Source: a virus
Virus record (IMG/VR): IMGVR_UViG_3300037420_001736
Coordinates: 1-64,000 of that record
Strand: one strand, 5' to 3'
Length of the DNA: 64,000 nt
Shown in pieces: positions 52,630 through 59,818 of this stretch (positions are counted from its first letter, which is position 1; every line of letters begins with the position of its first letter). Made by a program: the position numbers and the translations under genes. The notes beneath the pieces were generated by a model. The model did no database searches. It was not told the DNA's origin and worked only from the letters and a program-made list of their open reading frames with translations.

Positions 52630-54245
52630 TCAAACCCAAGCTGCAGAAGCAGCCCCAGGCGCAGCCGCGCGACGTCGCACTCGGTGATGAGCTCTACGTG
52701 CACCACCGCGGCCAGCCGCACACCTGCCGCGTGGTGGCGCACGGCGCGCACGGCGTGACGGCCGAGATCGAGGGGCAGCATCACAAGGTCACCTGGGACA
52801 AGGTGCTCGGCCACAAGAGTCGCCGCATGCTGCGCTACGCGATCGCCGACCAGGGCGAGGACGGCATGATCCTGGAGGATGACGCCGGCACGCGGCGCTA
52901 CGTCGCCACCCCCAACGAAGCGAGTGAGGACCCCTACGTGGCGAAAGCGTTCGAGGGGCGGCGCGTCGCGCTGCTGCTGAAGGCCGAGGAACCTGGCGGC
53001 AGCGGCGCCGCGCCGCGCGCCGGCCTGGCGAAGAAGCAGATCACCGACCGCACCGGGCGCAGGCAGACCAAATGGGTGCGCACGAACAAGGACCAGCCGA
53101 AGCCGCGCCAGGCGGCCGCCGAGGATCCGCGCGGCGCGCAGCGCGGCTACGGCACGCACAACCTCGGCGCCGGCGACACCGTGCACTTCGCCGCCGGCGA
53201 CTACCAGGGCAGCGGCACGATCGTCGGCAAGCCGGGCGCCGACGGTGCGCACGTGAAGGACGCCAGCGGCCGCGTGCACCAGGTGCGCTGGAGCGAGGTG
53301 ACCGGCCACGAGCCGGCCGCTGATGTCGCAAAGCCCAAGGTGCAGCCGCAGGTGCGCGGCGAGCAGAAGCCGGTGCCGGCCGCCGAGTTCATCGCCAGCG
53401 ACTATGCCGCGCAGCACAACGACGCGGGCGTGACGGCCGAGGCCATCCTGGCGCAGTTCCCGGCCGACACGATGGAAAAGATCAGCGCCGTGCAAGAGCG
53501 CCTGCACAGCGTCGAGCAGACCATCGAGCTCTACAAGCAGGGCGACACCTACGACGACGAGCGCACGAAGATCCACCAGCGCATCTACGACCACTTCCTG
53601 TCGCCGCAGAAGGTCGAGGCGGCCACGCCGCCCGAGGGCCAGAAGCCGACGCTGACGATGCTTGGCGGCCGCGGCGGCTCCGGCAAGAGCTGGTTCGCCG
53701 GCCAGGTCTACGACCCGGGCAAGGCGATCGTCATCGACCCGGACGAAATCAAGGGCATGCTGCCCGAGTACGAGGGCTGGAACGCGCACCAGGTGCACGA
53801 GGAGTCGAGCGACATCACCAGCACCATCCTGCAGATCGCCGAGGAGCTGGGGCTGAACGTGGTGCTCGACGCGACGATGAAGACCGCCAAGAGCACGCTG
53901 GGGATGGCGAACAAGTTCAAGGCCAAGGGCTACCGGCTGGAGGCGCACTACATGCACCTGCCGCGGCAGGAGGCCGCCAAGCGCGCAGTGCAGCGCTTCC
54001 TCGGCAAGACCCAGCGCTACGTGCCGGTCGATGTGGTGCTGGGCAACACCGGCAACGAGGCAACCTTCGACCAGGTGCGCCAGCTGGCCGACAAGTGGTC
54101 GTTCCGCGACAACAACGTGCCGATGGGCCAGCAGCCGATCCTGATCAGCGAGAGCGGCAGCGGCGCCACGCCGGCGCAGCCTGGCGGCGGCCAGCCTTTG
54201 ACCAAATCCGAGCAAGCTGCGATCATCCTGTTCAGGAGAACGTGA
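52626..54245 (+). CDS. Zeta-toxin-like P-loop kinase domain protein with N-terminal repeat modules
   Basis: TLTMLGGRGGSGKSWF (Walker A) ...IVIDPDEIK...VVLDATM. Two ~45-aa repeats, each ending in ..H(K/Q)V(T/R)W..V.GH. Confidence 0.65.
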   Translation: MIKPKLQKQPQAQPRDVALGDELYVHHRGQPHTCRVVAHGAHGVTAEIEGQHHKVTWDKVLGHKSRRMLRYAIADQGEDGMILEDDAGTRRYVATPNEASEDPYVAKAFEGRRVALLLKAEEPGGSGAAPRAGLAKKQITDRTGRRQTKWVRTNKDQPKPRQAAAEDPRGAQRGYGTHNLGAGDTVHFAAGDYQGSGTIVGKPGADGAHVKDASGRVHQVRWSEVTGHEPAADVAKPKVQPQVRGEQKPVPAAEFIASDYAAQHNDAGVTAEAILAQFPADTMEKISAVQERLHSVEQTIELYKQGDTYDDERTKIHQRIYDHFLSPQKVEAATPPEGQKPTLTMLGGRGGSGKSWFAGQVYDPGKAIVIDPDEIKGMLPEYEGWNAHQVHEESSDITSTILQIAEELGLNVVLDATMKTAKSTLGMANKFKAKGYRLEAHYMHLPRQEAAKRAVQRFLGKTQRYVPVDVVLGNTGNEATFDQVRQLADKWSFRDNNVPMGQQPILISESGSGATPAQPGGGQPLTKSEQAAIILFRRT

Positions 54246-54406
54246 TGGACAAGAACGTCAAGCCGGAGCAGTTCGACGGCTACGATTGCCAGGAGCGGCC
54301 GCCGCTGTCGGACGCCTACCGCAAGAAGGCGCTGCCGCAGCACCTGCAGGACAAGCTCGCGAAGCGCGGCGCTGAAAAGCCGACTGAACCGCAGGGGAAT
54401 GCTTGA
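54245..54406 (+). CDS. Small hypothetical protein
   Basis: TGATG overlap. MDKNVKPEQFDGYDCQERPPL. 53 aa. Confidence 0.4.
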   Translation: MDKNVKPEQFDGYDCQERPPLSDAYRKKALPQHLQDKLAKRGAEKPTEPQGNA

Positions 54407-54432
54407 TCGAATTTGATCAGCGCCTGCAGAAT
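54403..54432 (+). promoter_or_regulatory. Promoter-like element with embedded palindromic box
   Basis: TTGATC, 17-18 nt, then CAGAAT. Box TGATCGAATTTGATCA at 54404-54419. Confidence 0.5.
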
Positions 54433-54568
54433 CGGCACCAACGACAGACGAGAGGTCGCTACCAGCAGACAGCCCTCAACCAGATGCGGGCCCGGCATGG
54501 AGTCCGGTGTCCCAACAAGCTGGCCGAAAAGCACTGCTGACTGCCGGGGGAAGGGCCTGGCAACGAAT

Positions 54569-54645
54569 TGTGGAGTAGCGCAGCACGGTAGCGCGCCAGG
54601 CTCATAACCTGGAGGTCGCAGGTTCAAGTCCTGCCTCCGCAACCA
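54569..54645 (+). tRNA. tRNA(CAU): tRNA with CAU anticodon (Met or Ile2), U1-A72, CCA encoded
   Basis: Hand-folded cloverleaf. Acceptor TGTGGAG/CTCCGCA. D stem GCGC/GCGC. Anticodon stem CCAGG/CCTGG with loop CTCATAA. T arm GCAGG-TTCAAGT-CCTGC. Confidence 0.8.
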
Positions 54646-55079
54646 GACAAACCAGCGAAGCAGAACGCGAGAGGGCCAGGGCCTGACGATCCTGGCTAAC
54701 GTACCGGGTGGCGCTGCCGACATCGAACGGCCCCGGCCGCGGAGGAAAACGCGCAAGTGCGATCGTCAGGCTGCGGGGCGTCACCCCACCAGCTGCGGAG
54801 CGCGAGTGAACCTGGTGCACGAGCGGTGAAGCCCCGCGCCGGAGACGTACCCGGACGTGAGAGCCTTCGGGCCCTCACGCATGCGCACAGCGACCACCAG
54901 CCATGCTGGTGGCGTGCGGCGGAAATCGCAGTGCGCAGTCGTGAGAGCCCGCTGAGCTGCAGCTTGGCCCTGCAGCAACCCTGCCTTTCCGGTAGAACGC
55001 CTTCCCTCCCTTTCTCACGCTGCCCATGCGAGCAGCGGGTCTCTCAGCAGACAGCCGCCTTCGGGCGGCTGTTTTGCTT
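54646..55079 (+). ncRNA. Candidate large structured RNA co-transcribed with tRNA(CAU)
   Basis: No credible ORF. Many GC-rich hairpins, two with UUCG loops (GTGAGAGCC-TTCG-GGCCCTCAC; terminator). CCACCAGC-cat-GCTGGTGG. Ends at a strong terminator. Confidence 0.4.
55051..55079 (+). terminator. Rho-independent terminator
   Basis: ACAGCCGCC-TTCG-GGCGGCTGT followed by TTTGCTT. Confidence 0.8.
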
Positions 55080-55342
55080 GCGGCGCCGTCGTGATCGCAC
55101 ACTGATCGCGGCCGCCGGAGCTTTCCTTTCGGCCGGTGGCTGCTGTGTGTGCTGAGAAGGCGCATCAGGGACCCCCAGCTGCGCGTGGGGTAGCGGCTTA
55201 AACACAACGCCAGCAGCAGATCACGGCGACACCCTCTGGGTGGGCCCTCCACGCCGGGGAGCTGCCGACCGAAGTTATGGGGCGGCCGCGTTGGTGGGGA
55301 CCGTGGCGCGGCCGCCCTGGTCGTGACTGCACGATCGGCAGC

Positions 55343-56497
55343 ATGGGCCTGTTCGTCGACCTGATCGCACTCTCCGAGGCGCGCACCAACGCGACGCTGG
55401 AGCTCATGTGCAAGGCCGAACACGGCGACGACGATGCCATCTGGCGCGAGCACGATTCGCCCTACATCCGCCGCCTGATCGAGCTGTTCACGCAGCGCGG
55501 CCTGATGCGCCTTGAGAGCTTCCGCACCGAACTCGTCGCCTGGCTCAAGGGCGAGCGCCACACGCACGCCGGCACCACGATGCCGCGCCCCGAGGGGTCA
55601 ATGCGCCTGTGGACGCCCGAGGAGCGCGGCCTGGTCAAGCTGTACCTGGAGACGCTGCCGCCCGAGCGCTGGACGCTGGACGACCACATGATGATGGTCG
55701 ACTACCTGGTGCAGCGCTACCTGCCCGAGAGCGAGATCCGCACCGAGGCCGAATGGCTGACGACGCGCGCCTCGCTGATGGGCCGCGTGCAGGCCAACCT
55801 GGAGAAGCTGTCGGCCGAGCAGGTCGACCAGGTGCTGCAGGCGCTGCCCACCACGGTGCGCGAGGCGCGCGAGCTCAAGCCGACGGCAAAGCAGCTGGCG
55901 GCCATGGACTTCGCGCGCGAGCGCGCCTGCGAGGCCGTCACGCGCCTGGCCGACGACGCGCGCCACCGCATGCGCTACGTGGTCGCGCAGGACGTCGAGC
56001 GCCGCGTGCTGCGCGTGCCAGACACCTCGCCGCAGGCGCTGGAGCAGCGGCTGTTCGACGAGTTCTCGACGCTCAACCGCGACATGCGGCGCATCGCGGT
56101 CACCGAGGCCGGCAACGCGGCGAACACGGGCTACATCGCCACGCTGCCGCCGGGCCGGCGCGTCAAGCGCACCGAGCAGTACCGCGGCGTGTGCGCCTGG
56201 TGCGCGCGCATCAACGGCCGCATCTTCACCGTCGTTGACCCCTCGAAGGCTGACAAGGACGGCGAGACGGAGGTGTGGGTCGGCAAGGACAACGTCGGCC
56301 GCTCGGCCGCGCCGCGCAAGCGCGTCGGCCAGCTGCTGGTCGAGCGCGAGCCGCACGAGCTGTACTGGGTGGCCTGCGGGACGCAGCACCCGCACTGCCG
56401 CGGCACGTGGCTGCCGGTGGCTGATGACCAGCCTGGGGATGACCCGCAATTCGCAGCATGGCTGAACCAGCTGCTCACGAAGAAGGAGCCAGCCTGA
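55343..56497 (+). CDS. MuF-like (SPP1 gp7 family) head morphogenesis protein
   Basis: Internal ATG MGLFVDLIAL. VTEAGNAANTGY...GVCAWCARINGRIFTV...GTQHPHCRGTW. Confidence 0.75.
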   Translation: MGLFVDLIALSEARTNATLELMCKAEHGDDDAIWREHDSPYIRRLIELFTQRGLMRLESFRTELVAWLKGERHTHAGTTMPRPEGSMRLWTPEERGLVKLYLETLPPERWTLDDHMMMVDYLVQRYLPESEIRTEAEWLTTRASLMGRVQANLEKLSAEQVDQVLQALPTTVREARELKPTAKQLAAMDFARERACEAVTRLADDARHRMRYVVAQDVERRVLRVPDTSPQALEQRLFDEFSTLNRDMRRIAVTEAGNAANTGYIATLPPGRRVKRTEQYRGVCAWCARINGRIFTVVDPSKADKDGETEVWVGKDNVGRSAAPRKRVGQLLVEREPHELYWVACGTQHPHCRGTWLPVADDQPGDDPQFAAWLNQLLTKKEPA

Positions 56498-57681
56498 TGC
56501 TGCTGCTGCTGAAGGCCCACGTGAAGGGCCACATGCGCGCGGGCGTGTTCATCAAGCCGCACGAGGACAAGCGCCGGCCGCAGGTGCTGCTGCGCCCCGG
56601 CGAGCACGTGCACGAGCACCAGCTGACGCTGTTCAACGAGGAGCTGCAGCCGGCGCCACCGACGTTCCACCGCGTCAAGCCGACAGCCGGCAAGCAGCCG
56701 GTGCCGATCGCGCCCGGCCCCGACCTGGCGAGCTACGACAAGGTGCTGGTCGGCTTCAGCGGCGGCAAGGACTCGATCGCCGCCGTGCTGGCGCTGCTGG
56801 AGAACGGCGTGCCGCCCGAGAAGATCGAGCTGCACCACCACGACATCGACGGTGAGGGCGCGACCTTCATGGACTGGCCCGTCACCAAGGACTACTGCCG
56901 CAAGTTCGCGGCCGCGCTGGGCATCCCGATCTACTTCAGCTGGCGCAAGGGCGGCTTCGAGCGCGAGATGATGCGCGACAACCAGCGCACTGCGCCGGTG
57001 GCGTTCGAGAAGCCGGACGGCACCGTCGGCGAGGCCGGCGGCCAGCACGGCCCGCTGGGCACGCGCAAGAAGTTTCCGCAGCAGTCGGCCAACCTCACCA
57101 CGCGCTGGTGCTCAGGCGCCCTCAAGGTCGACGTGATGGCCGCGGCTATCCGCAACCAGGACCGCTTCGATGACGCGCGCACCCTGGTGGTCACCGGCGA
57201 GCGCGCCGAGGAGAGCTCCAACCGCGCGCACTACAAGACCTTCGAGCCGCACCGTGCGCACAGCAGCAAGCGCCACGTCGACCAGTACCGCCCGGTGCAC
57301 GCCTGGAGCGAGCAACAGGTGTGGGATGTGATGCGCGAGCACGGCGTCGTGCCGCACCCGAGCTACCAGCTGGGCTACGGCCGGCTGTCGTGCCGGCACT
57401 GCATCTTTGCCAACCAGAACCAGATCGCGACCAACCAGGCGCTCTACCCAGAGAGCACCGGGAAGATCGCCGCGCGTGAGCAGGAGTTCGGCATCACGAT
57501 CCACCGCAAGGAGGACCTGATGACGCGCGCCAAGAAGGGCACGCCGTACCAGGCCGCGCTCGACAACCCGGAGATGGCCCGCCTGGGCGACTCCACCGTG
57601 TGGGACGTGCCGATCATCGTGCCCAAGGAGCAGTGGAAGCTGCCTGCGGGCGCGTTCGGCGAGAAGGATGGGCCATGCTGA
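56497..57681 (+). CDS. PP-loop / PAPS-reductase-like enzyme with N-terminal leader motif
   Basis: GAAGGAG RBS, TGATG overlap. Leader MLLLLKAHVKGHMRAGVFIKPHEDKRR. PP-loop VLVGFSGGKDSIAAVLAL. C-terminal LSCRHCIF. Confidence 0.75.
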   Translation: MLLLLKAHVKGHMRAGVFIKPHEDKRRPQVLLRPGEHVHEHQLTLFNEELQPAPPTFHRVKPTAGKQPVPIAPGPDLASYDKVLVGFSGGKDSIAAVLALLENGVPPEKIELHHHDIDGEGATFMDWPVTKDYCRKFAAALGIPIYFSWRKGGFEREMMRDNQRTAPVAFEKPDGTVGEAGGQHGPLGTRKKFPQQSANLTTRWCSGALKVDVMAAAIRNQDRFDDARTLVVTGERAEESSNRAHYKTFEPHRAHSSKRHVDQYRPVHAWSEQQVWDVMREHGVVPHPSYQLGYGRLSCRHCIFANQNQIATNQALYPESTGKIAAREQEFGITIHRKEDLMTRAKKGTPYQAALDNPEMARLGDSTVWDVPIIVPKEQWKLPAGAFGEKDGPC

Positions 57682-58286
57682 ACGAGGGGACGATGGACAA
57701 GCAACTCAACTGGCCCGAGCGGCCGACCTGCCACGACGGCGATTGGCAAGCGCGACGCTTCGGTCAGCAGACCTGGCGCGAGCCGCGCGGTGAGCACCGC
57801 GATCCGAAGTACGGGCCCGACCCCTACCGCGAGACCTATCGAACCTGCAGCTACTGCGGCTCGATGCACCCCGAGGACCTGTTCACCGCGCTGCAGGCCG
57901 GCGCGCGCCTGGGCATCACCGACAAGCTCTACAAGTTCTACGTCGAGGGCATCCCGAACCCGAAGGCCGGCGAGGACCTGCCGTGCTACAGCTTCTGCAG
58001 CAAGCCGTCGCCGAAGACCCTGGCCGAGGGCGGCTGGGAGGAGATCGCCGACGGCTACGACGAGCGCACCGGCGCGCCGAAGACCGCCTGGCGCAAGCTG
58101 CACTCGACGGGCAAGTGCCCGCCGACGCTGCCGGCGAAGTGGTACAACGACCACCTGCTGGACCTGGAGCCTGCGACGTTCCAGGCGATCACCGACCTGA
58201 TCGCTCAGCGCACCGGACGCCGGTACTTCGTCGGCGACCGTGGTCAGCTGATGGTGCGCGGCGAGGCCTCGCCCGCCGAGGCCTGA
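57675..58286 (+). CDS. Hypothetical Cys-containing protein
   Basis: MLNEGTMDKQLNWPERPTC...CSYCGSMHPEDL. 203 aa. Confidence 0.5.
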   Translation: MLNEGTMDKQLNWPERPTCHDGDWQARRFGQQTWREPRGEHRDPKYGPDPYRETYRTCSYCGSMHPEDLFTALQAGARLGITDKLYKFYVEGIPNPKAGEDLPCYSFCSKPSPKTLAEGGWEEIADGYDERTGAPKTAWRKLHSTGKCPPTLPAKWYNDHLLDLEPATFQAITDLIAQRTGRRYFVGDRGQLMVRGEASPAEA

Positions 58287-58288
58287 CC

Positions 58289-58444
58289 ATGACCCGCATC
58301 GGCTACATCATCCTCGGCGTGCGCCGCAACGGCCTGCCGATCGCGCCGTCCGAGCTCCACCGCGAGCAGTACAGCAACTGGCACCTGGTCGAGCAGCCCG
58401 ACGGCTCGCTGCGCTGGCGCGGCGAATGGGTGGTGCAGCCGTGA
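58289..58444 (+). CDS. Small hypothetical protein
   Basis: MTRIGYIILGVRRNGLPIAP. 51 aa. Confidence 0.4.
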   Translation: MTRIGYIILGVRRNGLPIAPSELHREQYSNWHLVEQPDGSLRWRGEWVVQP

Positions 58445-59295
58445 TCGCGCTGCTGCTGAAGTCGGCCGTTGCCGCCTACACCCGCCGCGACGGCACCTTC
58501 GTGCCGCCTCATGTTGACAGCCGCACCAAGCAGCAGCGCATGGACGACGACATGGAGGCGCAGGCCGCCTGGCTGACCGCCATGGCGCGCTCGCACGGTC
58601 ACGCCGACGTCGACGCGATGCTCAGCGACGATCCGGCGCTGTTCACGCGCCTGGCCGAGCAGTGGCGCGAGCAGCACCCGGAGCTCGCGAAGGCGATCGA
58701 TCACCTGGCGAAGTCGCACCCGGTGCTGCAGGGGGCCACGCGCGACAAGCGCGACTACAGCCGCGCGCTGATCATGCTGGGCAAGCGCCGCGGCGACCAG
58801 CTGCTGTCGCCTGGCGAGCCGCTACCCGAGGAGGCCGCCACCGGCGAGTACAAGAAGCCCACGGTGAAGTGGGCCGGCCTCACGCTGGCGATCGAGAACC
58901 CGGCCGGCAGCGTGCGCCGCGGCACCAACCGCCATGGCGTCACCTGGGAGGTGCGCTACAAGTTCGCCTATGGCGAGATCCTGGGCAGCATGGGTGTCGA
59001 CGGCGACCCGGTCGATTGCTACCTCGGCCCCAACATGGACGGCGCGCCGATGGTCTACGTCGTGCACCAACGCCAGGTCGGCAACTGGAGCGAGTACGAC
59101 GAGGACAAGTGCATGCTCGGCTTCGACAGCGAGGAGGATGCGCGCCAGGCTTTTCTGTCCTGCTACAACGACCCGCGATTCCTCGGTCCCATCACCGCGA
59201 TGCCGGTTGGTGAGTTCGTCACCAAGGTGCGCGCGACGCGCGAGGCCCCGGCAATGATCAAGGCGCTGCTGTTCAGGCTGCCAGCAGCTGGTTGA
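58441..59295 (+). CDS. Inorganic-pyrophosphatase-like protein with N-terminal leader motif
   Basis: GTGA overlap. Leader VIALLLKSAVAAYTRRDGTFVPPHVDSR. YKFAYGEILGSMGVDGDPVDCYLG parallels PPase YPANYGFIP..DGDPVDVLV. Confidence 0.6.
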   Translation: MIALLLKSAVAAYTRRDGTFVPPHVDSRTKQQRMDDDMEAQAAWLTAMARSHGHADVDAMLSDDPALFTRLAEQWREQHPELAKAIDHLAKSHPVLQGATRDKRDYSRALIMLGKRRGDQLLSPGEPLPEEAATGEYKKPTVKWAGLTLAIENPAGSVRRGTNRHGVTWEVRYKFAYGEILGSMGVDGDPVDCYLGPNMDGAPMVYVVHQRQVGNWSEYDEDKCMLGFDSEEDARQAFLSCYNDPRFLGPITAMPVGEFVTKVRATREAPAMIKALLFRLPAAG

Positions 59296-59662
59296 CCGCG
59301 GCGATGATGACGGGAATCGTCATCGCGATCAGCTCGCGCCGGAAAGCACCCGGCGTGACGCCGGTGTGACGCTTGAACGCCTCATTGAAGTGGCTCTGGC
59401 TGGAGAAGCCACACCGATAGGCGACGTCACCCAACTTGATGGACTGGTCACGCAACAGGCGCTTTGCGACGTCGATGCGGCGCCAGCACACATATCGCAT
59501 CGGCGACTTGCCGACGCACTTAGCGAATCTTCGGCTGAAGTGAAATTGGCTCATAAATGCCACGCGGGCCAATTCATCCAGTGTAATGCGCTCACCAATA
59601 TTGGTATCGATATATTCTAAAGCTCTAGACACGCCGCGTGGCATTGCATTTGTTTTGGTCAT
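59273..59662 (-). CDS. Stand-alone AraC/XylS-family HTH activator (MarA/SoxS-like), moron
   Basis: LDELARVAFMSQFHFSRRFAKCVGKSPMRYVCWRRIDVAKRLL...YRCGFSSQSHFNEAFKRHTGVTPGAFRR. 129 aa. Locally low GC. Confidence 0.85.
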   Translation of the reverse strand: MTKTNAMPRGVSRALEYIDTNIGERITLDELARVAFMSQFHFSRRFAKCVGKSPMRYVCWRRIDVAKRLLRDQSIKLGDVAYRCGFSSQSHFNEAFKRHTGVTPGAFRRELIAMTIPVIIAAVNQLLAA

Positions 59663-59818
59663 GACTCCGGTCTGATTCGGTTAATCCAAATCTAGACTCT
59701 GAATATATTGATAATGTGAATAGGTGAAAGAGATTTATTCTCTCCGTCGGCGCGCGCGGCTGCTGCCGATTCGATCGTGACACGATGATCCCGGGACGCA
59801 CCCCACGGGCCGTCCCTG

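Noticed and set aside
54757-55155. 132-aa + strand ORF and the 230-aa minus-strand ORF (54875-55567) inside the tRNA-linked spacer
   Set aside because: Both have poor composition (Ser/Arg/Cys/Pro-rich) and no RBS. They read straight through multiple strong hairpins and a terminator. The minus-strand ORF overlaps the MuF start as a shadow frame.
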